The notes beneath the pieces are model-generated. The model was not told the DNA's origin. It was given only the letters and a program-made list of their open reading frames with translations, and searched no databases. The translations under genes and the position numbers were made by a program. From positions 91,627 through 155,626 of the forward strand of contig JAFGFG010000009.1 in NCBI GenBank assembly GCA_016931255.1: DNA of 64,000 nt, given 5' to 3'. This document shows positions 7,972 to 17,899 of this stretch, piece by piece (the first letter of the stretch is position 1; every line of letters starts with the position of its first letter). The DNA comes from Candidatus Aenigmatarchaeota archaeon (GTDB taxonomy: Archaea > Aenigmatarchaeota > Aenigmatarchaeia > QMZP01 > JAFGSV01).

Positions 7972-10811
7972 AGTGATTCTCTCACTTTCCTGAAAGCCTT
8001 AATGTCATCTATCTTTCCCTGTGCCATCTGTCCGCGGCCGCCTCCCTTGCCGCCGCACTTTGCACACACCTTCTCGAGGACCTGCCCTGCATCCCTCACT
8101 TTGCTCATTATAACAATGTCATTCTCTTCATTTGCCAGTACAATCGTCAGCTTGGAGTTCTTTTCCAGCATGGCTGAAGCTGCCTTAATCATATACTTCC
8201 TGTCACCTTCGACAACTGTTACAAGCAGTCCATCTGAAGCGTCCTTCAGCAGGCTCTGGGACACATTCCCGGCGCTCCTGACTAGCGAGTCTTCTATTAT
8301 TTTTCTAGCGGATTTCCAGTTCTCAAACACATATGAGAGAGCAGAGCTGATATCATTGAATGTCATCGGTTTTATCTTTACTGATGACAAGTCTTTTGTG
8401 AATTTCTCAGCTGTTTTTGCAAGCATGTCAATGCCAACAGAGAATTCACTCGCAGACTTTCTCATGTCAGACAGCCGGATGAATTCATCTTCCGAGAGCT
8501 TTGAGAATTTGATGAATCCGGTCTTTTCAAGCGTTTTCATGATACCGGAAGCTTCTGCTTTTACATTCTTCAGATATCTCCGGGCTGCATCTCCTGCTAC
8601 CATGGTGAGCCTTACAACCCCGTCCTGGATTCTCTCTGACGAAGTTATCGCAATCCTGACAGCATCGCCTGTGTTGGAAAGATGGGTTCCTGCGCATGCT
8701 TCTGTATCCCAGTCCGGTGTGTTCACTATCCTTATCATCCTGTCAGGCGTCGCTCCTCCCTGATATATCCTCATTCCGTAGAGTTTCTCGGCTTCCGGGC
8801 GTGCCATGAATTTCCTTGAAATGGGCACCTTCTTCATTATTATGTCATTTGCAAGCTTCTCAATTTCAGTGATTTCGTCCAGTGTAAGTGCTTCGTAATG
8901 CGTTATGTCCAGATGGGCCTTTTCAAGCGATTTCCCTGCACCTGCCTGCCAGACGTGCTCACCCAGCAGTTTCCGTGCAGCTCCGTTGACAAGATGTACT
9001 GCTGTGTGATGTTGCGCGTGCTGCAGCCTTCTTTTCATGTCCACCTCGCCCGTCACAGTTGACCCCAGTACAGCGTCACCCTTGACCCTGTGAGCCACGA
9101 CATTGCCGAATTTCTGGACTTCAACAACCTCGTTTCCGTTTATTTTCCCGAGGTCGTAGTCCTGTCCCCCGCCTTCAGGATAGAAAAGTGTCCTGTCAAG
9201 TATCATCCACTGCCCTTCCGGAGCTTTCACCTTCTTCAGCAGCTTTGCCTTGAAGATGCTGTCCTTTTCATGGTCATAAAACATAAGTTCGGTATTCGTC
9301 ACATTGCTCGTATCAATTGACTTCTTCTTTTCCTTGACAGTTGACTCTTTCATATGCCTTTCCGAGAGATTGTGGTAAAAGTCTTTCGGTATCTCAGCTT
9401 TCAGGCCTTCTTTGTCAGCCACGTTTTCGATAAGCTCCGGTGTTATTCCCTGGGATTCATACATCTGCACGAGCCTTTCCGTGCCTATTTTCGGGCTTTT
9501 ACTGAGCAGGTCTTTCACGACACCCGCGCTTTTCATAAGTGTTGTCTCATACCTTTTCTTCTCAACATCAAGTATTTTTTCTATCTCAGGAAGGGATTTC
9601 AGGAGTTCGGGATTGAGAGGCTTCAGATATCTGGCATGCATTTTGCATACATCGAATAGCTCTATGTCCAGATTGTACTTCTCTATGAAGCTTAATGCCC
9701 TTCTGAAAATTATCCTCAGGTTGTAGCCGCCTCCCACATTGCTGAGAAGGCCTCCATCGTTGATGGCATAAAGAAGAGTCTTTGTATGGTCAGCTATTGC
9801 ATAAAGTGCCTGAAGCGGTTCCACGTTATTGTTCAGCTCGCTGACATCGACTTTCAGCTGTTTTGCTATGTTCTGCCTGAGCTTTCCGATGTCACCTATT
9901 TCATCTATATTCAGGCCTCCTGCTATTGCAGCGTATCGGTTGAACAGATTTTCATCGAAGTCCCCTCTCCTCTTGATGTCTTTCATGACAGGCCCATAAA
10001 CCGCATCGTAAGCAGTCGGGGTTCCCTGGCTGAGCCACGTGAATCTTTCAAGCCCTGCTCCCATGTCTATCACGCGATATCCCATGGGCTTGTAGTTGTC
10101 AGGCGTTCCGACGAATTCAGTGAAAACAGCATTTCCAAGCTCAAGTCCCCCTGTGAAATACTCGAGGGAATATCCGAATGCATTGGGTCCTGTCCATACG
10201 TCCTCCATGAACGAGATGTCTTTGGGCTTCACGCCGAGCGCTTCCGTAAGCATCCTGTAGTCGAGGTCTATGCATTCGTCTTTCCAGTATCCCTTTTGCT
10301 TCCCGTTGACTTTTTCGTATATCGAATGCTGGCCTATCATTGTGAAATTGGTCATGTGCCTTCCGGTCACACCCACGTTCTCGATATCAGAGAACCTGAG
10401 GCAGACCTGCGGGATGATTATCTTTTCAGCCGGCATCTCGAAGACAGTCTTCCCGGCCACAGAACGCTGGAATGCAACGATGCTAGCCACAGTGAAGAAC
10501 AGGCCGGGGAACCAGCGGCACACCACAGGATAGGATGGTATCGATTCATGACCATTCTTTACGAAGAACTTCTCGATTGTCCTCCATGTCTCTATGTAAT
10601 CCATCGACCTTATGGGGCTTTTTCCGATGAAACTGTACTCCTCGCATGGAGGATTCGGGCAGTGCTTTCTCGATGAATCCATGGTCCAGAAGTATGAGCC
10701 GCATTTGGGACACTTCCTGCGCTCGAATCCATTTTCAGTGAAAAGCTTCACCTTGTAATATTTGTCTGGATTCTTACCAAAATCGCGCTTCAGTTGCTCT
10801 TTTGCGTTCAT
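7968..10811 (-). CDS. alaS: alanyl-tRNA synthetase
   Basis: 947 aa with archaeal-type N-terminus (FERRKCPKCGSYFWT). Class II core (FTNAGM-like FTVASIVAFQ), editing HxxxH (HHTAVHLV), C-terminal C-Ala/DHHA1-like region. Confidence 0.95.
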   Translation of the reverse strand: MNAKEQLKRDFGKNPDKYYKVKLFTENGFERRKCPKCGSYFWTMDSSRKHCPNPPCEEYSFIGKSPIRSMDYIETWRTIEKFFVKNGHESIPSYPVVCRWFPGLFFTVASIVAFQRSVAGKTVFEMPAEKIIIPQVCLRFSDIENVGVTGRHMTNFTMIGQHSIYEKVNGKQKGYWKDECIDLDYRMLTEALGVKPKDISFMEDVWTGPNAFGYSLEYFTGGLELGNAVFTEFVGTPDNYKPMGYRVIDMGAGLERFTWLSQGTPTAYDAVYGPVMKDIKRRGDFDENLFNRYAAIAGGLNIDEIGDIGKLRQNIAKQLKVDVSELNNNVEPLQALYAIADHTKTLLYAINDGGLLSNVGGGYNLRIIFRRALSFIEKYNLDIELFDVCKMHARYLKPLNPELLKSLPEIEKILDVEKKRYETTLMKSAGVVKDLLSKSPKIGTERLVQMYESQGITPELIENVADKEGLKAEIPKDFYHNLSERHMKESTVKEKKKSIDTSNVTNTELMFYDHEKDSIFKAKLLKKVKAPEGQWMILDRTLFYPEGGGQDYDLGKINGNEVVEVQKFGNVVAHRVKGDAVLGSTVTGEVDMKRRLQHAQHHTAVHLVNGAARKLLGEHVWQAGAGKSLEKAHLDITHYEALTLDEITEIEKLANDIIMKKVPISRKFMARPEAEKLYGMRIYQGGATPDRMIRIVNTPDWDTEACAGTHLSNTGDAVRIAITSSERIQDGVVRLTMVAGDAARRYLKNVKAEASGIMKTLEKTGFIKFSKLSEDEFIRLSDMRKSASEFSVGIDMLAKTAEKFTKDLSSVKIKPMTFNDISSALSYVFENWKSARKIIEDSLVRSAGNVSQSLLKDASDGLLVTVVEGDRKYMIKAASAMLEKNSKLTIVLANEENDIVIMSKVRDAGQVLEKVCAKCGGKGGGRGQMAQGKIDDIKAFRKVRESL

Positions 10812-10852
10812 AGTTATATATTCGCGGTTCCCGGTTTAAAATAGAATTAGAT

Positions 10853-12304
10853 TTACTTATAGAGTGTTCTTTTTCCGTGATAATTGTTTCGTATTGCCTG
10901 TATTATCTCTTTGCTCTGCCCGATGTATGTCATCGGGTCTACTATGCCTCTCAGTTCTTCTTTACCAAACCTGTCCATAACTTCTTCGCTTTTGTAGAGC
11001 TTGTCGAGGAATTCTACACCTTCATTGTAAGCTTCTGTTGCAAGCCTTCCCATTAGATTGTGTGCATCTTCCCTTGTCATGGGACTGTTTGTCATATTTC
11101 TATCCGTAAGGTATGTCATAAGACGCTGTGAAGTCGTGGTGCCAAAAGACCTTTTTACTCGTTCAACTGACCTTCCTTCATTCAGGTCAAGCCAGTATGC
11201 TGCATCAGCAAGCCTTCTTATTGAGTGGTCTCCGAACTTGAAAGTGGAATTGTATATGTCCCTGTCAGATGCGGATCCTGAAAGGTCCCTTGCATACCTG
11301 AACTTGTTGGATGATAAAGATGTTACGAGATTGCCGCGCATGAGGTTTGCAAATGACTCAACCTGCTCTTCTGCTGTGGGATTTCCGCCGGCTGCATCCT
11401 TTTGCGGCATTGCTGAAGAGCCTTTCCTCTTTTTCGGGTTTCCGTCCCTGAAAATTGCAGCATCACTTCCCTTTCCCCATGCCATGTAGAATGCGAGATT
11501 GTTCATTGTTTCAGCGGTTCTCGCCATCGCATATATAACATCCGTGAGATATTCCTTTCCGGGTATCTGGGCATTGGCGTCCATGTTTCCCAGTCCCAGT
11601 CTCCTGCAGTATTCCTTCTGAAGCTTTAGTCCGTCAATCCCAAGCGCGCTCGATGAATGATGATTTCCGGTAGCATCTGCCCATTTTCCCTTTATTGAAT
11701 TGGCATAAACGAATGCCAAGAAATCAAGGTCTGACTGGAGCATTTCGGCGTTGAATGCCAGCGGTCTTCCTGCAACAGTCGGCAGGGCATCCAGCCAGTG
11801 GCTTGTATCCATATGTGGTACATCTGACCACGCAATAGCCTTTTCTATCACTATGTCTCTAAGATTTTCAATTGAATCCGCTACTACTTCCAGTGAATTT
11901 TTTATCTGAAGCGCCTTTGCGGTTTCAGTGGTGTCAGCACTTGTCCTCCCCTTGTTTATGTGAGCAGCAGCTTCTGGACTCATCTTTTCAGCAAGAGACC
12001 TGTTTATTGCTATGACATCGTGTCCTGTCTGGTCTTCGATTTCCCTTATCCTGTCGGGGTCAATGACACTCAAATTTGCTGCATTGTATATTTCCATAGC
12101 ATGCTCGGGTGGCACTATATCAGGATAAAGGTCACTCATTGTTTTTACAGCTTCTTTCTGAGCCATCAGGCTGTATTCGAATGTCTTTTCAGGTCCCCAT
12201 ATGTTTATCATGTCATCTGTGCCGTATCGTCCTGCATGAAGAAAAGGCGCATCCCTTTTGGAATCTATGTTTCTGGGCTTTGGTTTTGTCCCTTCTGTAA
12301 CCAT
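10853..12304 (-). CDS. purB: adenylosuccinate lyase (fumarate-lyase superfamily)
   Basis: N-terminal RYGTDDMINIWGPEKTFEYSLMAQKEA and fumarate-lyase signature GSSAMPQK..NP. The signature loop carries a short insertion (KDAAGGNP versus KxNP). Confidence 0.75.
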   Translation of the reverse strand: MVTEGTKPKPRNIDSKRDAPFLHAGRYGTDDMINIWGPEKTFEYSLMAQKEAVKTMSDLYPDIVPPEHAMEIYNAANLSVIDPDRIREIEDQTGHDVIAINRSLAEKMSPEAAAHINKGRTSADTTETAKALQIKNSLEVVADSIENLRDIVIEKAIAWSDVPHMDTSHWLDALPTVAGRPLAFNAEMLQSDLDFLAFVYANSIKGKWADATGNHHSSSALGIDGLKLQKEYCRRLGLGNMDANAQIPGKEYLTDVIYAMARTAETMNNLAFYMAWGKGSDAAIFRDGNPKKRKGSSAMPQKDAAGGNPTAEEQVESFANLMRGNLVTSLSSNKFRYARDLSGSASDRDIYNSTFKFGDHSIRRLADAAYWLDLNEGRSVERVKRSFGTTTSQRLMTYLTDRNMTNSPMTREDAHNLMGRLATEAYNEGVEFLDKLYKSEEVMDRFGKEELRGIVDPMTYIGQSKEIIQAIRNNYHGKRTLYK

Positions 12305-12450
12305 AACAAGATATGGCAGTAACTTTTTAATTCTTAAGTATGGTGTGTTTCACAGGTCTAACTGGCAACCTGGCTCTAGAATAAAGATTAAATTCACAGG
12401 CAGTGTAACAACTAAGTCTGCCTGCAGATGAAAATAATGGATTAAGGGAT

Positions 12451-12756
12451 TTATCCGAACAGACTTGAAAGTCCGCCGGCTGCCTCTTCTGCCTTTGCTT
12501 CCTGCTCTTCTTCGCTTGGCTCGTCCTTCTTTTCTTCAGCAGGCGCTGCTGCAGATGGTGCTGCTGCCGGAGCCGCTGCTACAGCTGCGTTCTTGATTGC
12601 CTCTTCTATGTTGACGTCCTTCAGGCTGCCTACAAGTGCCTTTATCTGGGCCTCGTCAGCTTTTATGCCTGCAGCGTCGACAATCTTCTTAACTCCAGCT
12701 TCGTCTACCGGTTTCTTGGCCGAGTGAAGCAGTAATGCCGCGTATACCAATTCCAT
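12451..12756 (-). CDS. rpl12: 50S ribosomal stalk protein P1 (L12)
   Basis: [15 protein letters not shown]..., Ala-rich hinge, acidic C-terminus ending GGLSSLFG. Confidence 0.9.
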   Translation of the reverse strand: MELVYAALLLHSAKKPVDEAGVKKIVDAAGIKADEAQIKALVGSLKDVNIEEAIKNAAVAAAPAAAPSAAAPAEEKKDEPSEEEQEAKAEEAAGGLSSLFG

Positions 12757-12806
12757 AATTTTTCCTCCGTGTTTAAATGAAAAAGTATTTCTACTTCTTT
12801 CAACTA

Positions 12807-13760
12807 TTAATCCTTTTTCTCCTCTTCTTTAGGTGCTTCTCCTGCGTTCTCCGCAGGATGCTCAGCTCCGGGTTCTTCAGCAGGTTTTTCTTCCTTCGGA
12901 GCTTCCGCAGCCGGGGCGTCTTTTACAAGAGCCTTGAGTGCACCTGCTTCTGCATTTGCCTTTGCAAGTACAGGACCGACTGTCTCGGATGTCAGTATCC
13001 CTGCCTCAGTTGCGAGTGCAAGTGCTTCCCTGTGAGCCTTGACAAGCAGCAGCGGAACTGTCTCAGGTGTCACGAAGCCTATGCTTATCGCAAGGTTGAA
13101 TGCGGATGCATAGCCGGACTGTATCTGCCCAACATAATGCTCCTGTGGTACGAACAGTATGTCCTTGTTGAATACCATACCTTCATCCCAGACCGCGAGA
13201 AGGTTGAGCGATATTTCCATGGGCTCTATTCCGAGCTTTCCCATGAGATCTGCCAGGGATGCTGTTATCTCATCACCCTTCTTTGCAATCCTGGATGCTT
13301 TCTTGACCACTATTTTGTCCCCTTCAACACCTGCCTGTATCTTTGCCCTCTGGAGGTCGCCTATGGCAGGGCCTGGAGGAAGGTTTGTCGGTCCTTCCGG
13401 AACTATGATGTCTTCCGGTGCAATATCACCGGCCTTTGCACAAGCCTTTATCTTGGATGACGCTATCACCTGTGCAAGCTCGAATGGATTGTCTTCACTG
13501 AAGAGCATTGCAGGCTGGTTCTGTATCTCATCCGCAAGCTTTGAAAGGTTTTCCTTTTTGGACTTCTCAAGTGCGAGCTTTATGACGTTCTTCTTTACCA
13601 TCCTGATTACGGCTTTCCCTTTGAGTTGCTGCTTTATCAGGAAAAGCTGCTTTGACGGAAGCTTGTGCATATCAATTATGCCAACTACTGGATACTTTTC
13701 AATCTGCTCTGAAAGGTTTTTGAGAGTTGACTTCTTTTTGACTGATACCATAATCATCAC
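12807..13760 (-). CDS. rpl10: 50S ribosomal stalk protein P0 (L10, uL10)
   Basis: 317 aa with archaeal P0 N-domain, Ala-rich linker and acidic tail. Antisense ORFs 12777..13460 and 13159..13773 are spurious. Confidence 0.9.
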   Translation of the reverse strand: MMIMVSVKKKSTLKNLSEQIEKYPVVGIIDMHKLPSKQLFLIKQQLKGKAVIRMVKKNVIKLALEKSKKENLSKLADEIQNQPAMLFSEDNPFELAQVIASSKIKACAKAGDIAPEDIIVPEGPTNLPPGPAIGDLQRAKIQAGVEGDKIVVKKASRIAKKGDEITASLADLMGKLGIEPMEISLNLLAVWDEGMVFNKDILFVPQEHYVGQIQSGYASAFNLAISIGFVTPETVPLLLVKAHREALALATEAGILTSETVGPVLAKANAEAGALKALVKDAPAAEAPKEEKPAEEPGAEHPAENAGEAPKEEEKKD

Positions 13761-14386
13761 ACATTTATCCTGACAGGCTTCCCCATTGTAAGTTTTATGG
13801 AAACATTCCTGATGTTGTTCTTTCCTTTCGGGAGCTTCTCCTCAATGAAGCTTATCGCTGCTTCTATGTTTTTCTCAATCTTCTCGTCAGGCATGGTCTC
13901 TGTGCCTACAGGTATCTGTATCACAGGTGTGCTGACAAGCCTTATCTTCACAGAGTTCTTTGCCCTCTTGAGGATTCCTTCAAGGTTTATCTTTGGAGGA
14001 AGAGGCTTCGGCATCTTTCCCCTTGTGCCAAGTGTAGCGCCAAGCACCTTACCTATCAGAGGCATGAGTGTCGCTTCCCCAAACCACCAGTCGTAGTCAT
14101 TGGCAAGCTTCTTGAGCTTCTTCTTGTCCTTCGCAATCTTCGGTATGTCATCCTTTGACAGCGCAAGGTCTGCATGCTTTTTGGCATCAGCGAAAAGAGA
14201 GTCTCCGAGGACAACGGTCTTGAGTGGTTTTCCAAGTCCTTCAGGAAGGTACAACTCGGCGTTTATTCTGTTCTCAGGCTTCTTAAGATCCATATCCTTA
14301 AGACTTAAAATAAGATCCCAGGTCTGAGCGAACTTCCTGGCTTTTGAATTTTCCTTTGCTTCCTTGATATTGTCCTTTATTGACAT
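13757..14386 (-). CDS. rpl1: 50S ribosomal protein L1 (uL1)
   Basis: 209-aa uL1-like sequence immediately upstream of P0, overlapping by 4 nt. Confidence 0.88.
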   Translation of the reverse strand: MSIKDNIKEAKENSKARKFAQTWDLILSLKDMDLKKPENRINAELYLPEGLGKPLKTVVLGDSLFADAKKHADLALSKDDIPKIAKDKKKLKKLANDYDWWFGEATLMPLIGKVLGATLGTRGKMPKPLPPKINLEGILKRAKNSVKIRLVSTPVIQIPVGTETMPDEKIEKNIEAAISFIEEKLPKGKNNIRNVSIKLTMGKPVRINV

Positions 14387-14444
14387 TCCAATCCCTCCTA
14401 CCGAAGTAGTATACGGAATTAACTAAATATGATATTGGGTATAT

Positions 14445-15293
14445 TTAAATCTTTTTCCTGAGCCTTTTCAGCGTTCCGATGTTGTGTGTGTTCTCATTCA
14501 TGAGATACAGGACCCTTGGTTTAAGGTCGTGTTCCACATTAGGAAGCCTTGCAAGCACTGCTATTATTACAGAACCGAGCCTCAGAAGATTCGGATCATT
14601 AACATCCTTTGCAAGGTCCAGTTTGCCCTTGGCCTGAAGCTTCTCCCAGAAGTACCTGAAATCTTTCTTTTCAATGAACCTTTCCTTGCTGGTCATCTCG
14701 GAACGGATTTTCATGCCATTGCTTCCTATTTCCAGAACCTTGTTCTTGACACCCCTTGAAAGTGTTTCGATGAACCCCTTCTTTTCGGTCATGTCAGTTA
14801 TCTTTCTCCAGACATCCTCGAAGAAGTCTTTTTCACGCCTGATGACATTCTCAATGGGCTTTTCGATAACATCCGGTAGTATTACAGCATTTCTCTGTGA
14901 TATGAGAGCCCTTGAAACCATATTAAGTCTGTTCTCAAGGTCTATGAGTTTTCCTGCAATGTCCCTGTAGTTCCTGTCTATCTTCTCATCAAGAATTATC
15001 TTCTTTTTTTCCATTTTATGGAACCTGTAATCATGAAGGTCCTTTATGCCCTGCGTGAGCTGGTACTGATTGTTAAGCCAGCCCTTCATTTTCTCAACAG
15101 AGTCTTCGCTTTTCTTAATCCTGTGCTTGTTTTCCTTGTGTAACAGGTAGTCTCCGAACCTGGCGAGCGCTATTGCTATGAGCACGAAGCCGACTATAAC
15201 ACCCACCGGAGTGAAGAACCATATGTTGCCTGCTATTATCACTGTCTCTAGCAAAACGAACATCATCCAAAAGGTCTTGTCCCATTTGTGCAT
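14445..15293 (-). CDS. hypothetical membrane-anchored coiled-coil protein inserted between rpl11 and rpl1
   Basis: 282 aa. Two N-terminal hydrophobic helices (FWMMFVLLETVIIAGNIWFF / VGVIVGFVLIAIALA), then Lys/Glu-rich alpha-helical sequence. No known motif. Confidence 0.55.
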   Translation of the reverse strand: MHKWDKTFWMMFVLLETVIIAGNIWFFTPVGVIVGFVLIAIALARFGDYLLHKENKHRIKKSEDSVEKMKGWLNNQYQLTQGIKDLHDYRFHKMEKKKIILDEKIDRNYRDIAGKLIDLENRLNMVSRALISQRNAVILPDVIEKPIENVIRREKDFFEDVWRKITDMTEKKGFIETLSRGVKNKVLEIGSNGMKIRSEMTSKERFIEKKDFRYFWEKLQAKGKLDLAKDVNDPNLLRLGSVIIAVLARLPNVEHDLKPRVLYLMNENTHNIGTLKRLRKKI

Positions 15294-15378
15294 ATTTCAG
15301 TATTCAGTAGTAAGTAATTTAAACCTTACGGTGAAACCGATAAGCTCTAATGCAATTAAAGAAAGATATGAAGAGGCT

Positions 15379-15927
15379 CTATTCCTCTTTCTTCTCTTCA
15401 GGCTTCTCTTCGGATTCACCTTCAGCGGCTGCATCCTTTTCTTCGTCCTTGGATTCCTCGAGTGCGATTGCAGCCTTCTGTGCGTCCTCAGCGGCCTTAA
15501 GCTCTTCTTCGCTGACTTCTCCCTCTCCTACTGTTATTCCCATGCTTCTGCATGTTCCCTTTATCTGGTTCACATGCTCTGCGTCGTCAGTTCCGAACTT
15601 CGCCTTTGAAATCTTCTTTGCCTGAATGATTGTCAGGTTGCCTATTCTGCCTGTACCAGAAGTGCCTGAGCCCTTCTGTAGTCCGAGTTCCTTAAGTATA
15701 AGAGCAGATGCCGGCGGAGTGCCGATTTCAAGCCTGAATTTTTTGGTAGCAGGATTGATAATGACCTTTACCGGAACCTTGACTCCTGCAAGTTCCCTGG
15801 TCTTCTCATTGATGGAATCAACAACTTCCTGTATATTGACACCCATGGGACCCAGTGCAGGTCCGAGAGGAGGAGCAGCGCTGGCTTTTCCACCTTCAAT
15901 AACAATGTCTACTATCTGATCTCCCAT
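15379..15927 (-). CDS. rpl11: 50S ribosomal protein L11 (uL11) with acidic/lysine-rich C-terminal extension
   Basis: Conserved uL11 N-domain (KASAAPPLGPALGPMGVNIQE). About 25 extra C-terminal residues (EESKDEEKDAAAEGESEEKPEEKKEE). Confidence 0.88.
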   Translation of the reverse strand: MGDQIVDIVIEGGKASAAPPLGPALGPMGVNIQEVVDSINEKTRELAGVKVPVKVIINPATKKFRLEIGTPPASALILKELGLQKGSGTSGTGRIGNLTIIQAKKISKAKFGTDDAEHVNQIKGTCRSMGITVGEGEVSEEELKAAEDAQKAAIALEESKDEEKDAAAEGESEEKPEEKKEE

Positions 15928-16373
15928 TATCGTTCACCTTCTCCTTTCTTTATTACCTTTATGAAATCAGTTGCAATCGTGACTGGTATGGGTATGCTGG
16001 CTTCCGTAAGCTCTATCGTAATCTCGTTCTTGGCCTTGTCCACTCTCTTTATCTTTCCCTTCTCGTCCTTGAACGGGCCGCCCATTATTTCGACTATGTC
16101 GCCTATCTCCACGTTTATCTCCACATCTTCAGTCTTCATGAAGTGCTGTATGTCAGCTATTTTTACCGGCTTCTCAATAAGGCCTTTTGTGTGCATAACA
16201 CCTCTCAGGGCCTTGTGTATGTCACCTGTGCTGCCTTCAAGGAATATGTAGCCCTTGAGTTCTGATGGATGAATTATCGCCTTCACGTCAAGCTTTTCCG
16301 CATTGACACGGCTGTTAAGCATATCCATTACTATGTCTTCTCTTCCGCTTGTTGTCCTCAATGTGTATATCAT
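15927..16373 (-). CDS. spt5: transcription elongation factor Spt5 (NusG)
   Basis: NGN domain (IYTLRTTSGREDIV...KGYIFLEG) plus KOW (GDIVEIMGGPFKDEKGKI). Conserved position next to rpl11. Confidence 0.85.
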   Translation of the reverse strand: MIYTLRTTSGREDIVMDMLNSRVNAEKLDVKAIIHPSELKGYIFLEGSTGDIHKALRGVMHTKGLIEKPVKIADIQHFMKTEDVEINVEIGDIVEIMGGPFKDEKGKIKRVDKAKNEITIELTEASIPIPVTIATDFIKVIKKGEGER

Positions 16374-16382
16374 CTTAATCCT

Positions 16383-16556
16383 TTACAATCCCAAAAAGGC
16401 AAACCCAAGGAAAACCGCGAATCCTATCACGCCTATTATGGTAATGCCTATCACGCATATCCTTGTGGAGGAGAGGTATTCGTCCTTGGCGGGCTTCTTT
16501 GCCACCTGCAGTATCCTCTTCCATTCAAGTATCTTTGTCTTTATGCTCAATGACAT
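16383..16556 (-). CDS. secE: protein translocase subunit SecE (Sec61 gamma)
   Basis: Manual translation of the minus strand gives MSLSIKTKILEWKRILQVAKKPAKDEYLSSTRICVIGITIIGVIGFAVFLGFAFLGL (57 aa). Single C-terminal TM and the conserved secE-nusG-rpl11 position. Too short for the ORF track (under 60 aa). Confidence 0.7.
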   Translation of the reverse strand: MSLSIKTKILEWKRILQVAKKPAKDEYLSSTRICVIGITIIGVIGFAVFLGFAFLGL

Positions 16557-16626
16557 ATTTATACGTTACCTTAGATTGATATATTTAATCCTAGGTTTAT
16601 ATTTAAAAAATAAGCAGGTGGGGCAT

Positions 16627-17778
16627 CTACTTGCTTACGAAATCTATGCCCAGAACCTTCTCAATTTCCTTTTGCTTCTGCTGCGAGTATGTCCTATCCG
16701 GACCGTATATCTGGGCAGACTTGACACCAGTGACTATCAGCATCGTCCTGACGCTGTCGCCAAGCGCCTTGTCTATCTGTGCTCCCCAGATTATCTTTGC
16801 GTCCGGGTTTATCTTGTTGTTCACAGCCTCGACTATCTCCTGGCACTCCCTGATTGTAACGCCTTCACCACCTGAAACGTTGATGAGTGCGCCTGTAGCA
16901 CCTTCGATTGCTACGTCGAGAAGCGGGTTTGTAAGTGATTTCTCCACTGATTCAACAGCCCTGCTTTCAGAGTCTGACTCTCCCATGCCTATCATGGCGA
17001 GTCCGCCTGAGCTCATCACTGCCCTGACATCCGCGAAGTCAAGGTTGACAAGACCAGGCTTTGTGATAAGTTCTGCTATGCCCTTTACAGCATTCACGAG
17101 AATCTCATCAGCGACCTTGAAAGCTGTGAGAATGCTCACATCAGGAACAATCTCCAGAAGCTTGTCATTAGGTATTACGATAAGTGTGTCCACAACTGAT
17201 TCAAGATTTTCAAGACCTTCCTGTGCGTTCTTGAGCCTTGACTGTCCTTCCATCACGAAAGGCATTGTGACGATACCCACTGTAAGAGCGCCAACCTTCT
17301 TTGCTATGTCAGCTACGATTGGGCTTGCTCCTGTGCCTGTACCACCCCCAAGTCCGCAGTTTATGAAAACCATGTCAGCGCCTTCAAGGGCTTTTTTGAT
17401 TTCTTCCTTGGACTCCTTGGCTGATTCAGCACCCACGCTCGGGTCAGCGCCTGCACCAAGTCCTCCAGTTATATCCTTTCCGATAAGTATCTTCCTGTCA
17501 GCATCAGTGTAAAGAAGGTCCTGAGCATCTGTGTTAACAGCTATTGTCTCAGCCCCCACGATGCCTACCTGCATGAGTCGGGAAACCGTGTTGCCTCCTC
17601 CTCCGCCTACACCGACAACCTTTATCTCGGCCTTTCTGGATTCCAGTATCCTTCTGAGTTCTTCATCCATCTCTCCGTCCCTGTCCACCCTGTGGCTTAT
17701 TCTCTCTGCTGATGATGGAAAATTGTTTTGAGCAACTTCTGTCTCAAGTGCTGAATTTATTATTGATTCTGCAGTCAT
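16627..17778 (-). CDS. ftsZ: cell division GTPase FtsZ
   Basis: Tubulin signature GGGTGTG (NCGLGGGTGTGASPIVADIAKK), T7 loop, 383 aa. Antisense ORF 16631..17512 is spurious. Confidence 0.95.
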   Translation of the reverse strand: MTAESIINSALETEVAQNNFPSSAERISHRVDRDGEMDEELRRILESRKAEIKVVGVGGGGGNTVSRLMQVGIVGAETIAVNTDAQDLLYTDADRKILIGKDITGGLGAGADPSVGAESAKESKEEIKKALEGADMVFINCGLGGGTGTGASPIVADIAKKVGALTVGIVTMPFVMEGQSRLKNAQEGLENLESVVDTLIVIPNDKLLEIVPDVSILTAFKVADEILVNAVKGIAELITKPGLVNLDFADVRAVMSSGGLAMIGMGESDSESRAVESVEKSLTNPLLDVAIEGATGALINVSGGEGVTIRECQEIVEAVNNKINPDAKIIWGAQIDKALGDSVRTMLIVTGVKSAQIYGPDRTYSQQKQKEIEKVLGIDFVSK

Positions 17779-17899
17779 ATGAACATACCTCCAAACTTTT
17801 TCTTAAACATTTAACTATGCGATTGGTTAAGATTTCAGTATTTTTAAACTTAACCTAAACACTGGTATATGATAAAATAGAAGTTAGATATTTAAGCAT

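Noticed and set aside
8002-10676. Plus-strand ORFs 8002..8763, 9354..9726 and 9786..10676 inside alaS
   Set aside because: Antisense to a highly confident 947-aa AlaRS. Compositions are low-complexity with no motifs.
12777-13773. Plus-strand Cys-rich ORFs 12777..13460 and 13159..13773 opposite rpl10
   Set aside because: Antisense to ribosomal stalk protein P0. Products are low-complexity (Phe/Leu/Cys-rich or Ser-rich).
16269-17512. Plus-strand ORFs 16269..16553, 16303..16875 and 16631..17512 overlapping secE and ftsZ
   Set aside because: Antisense to SecE and FtsZ. The FtsZ antisense frame gives a Ser/Pro-rich product.
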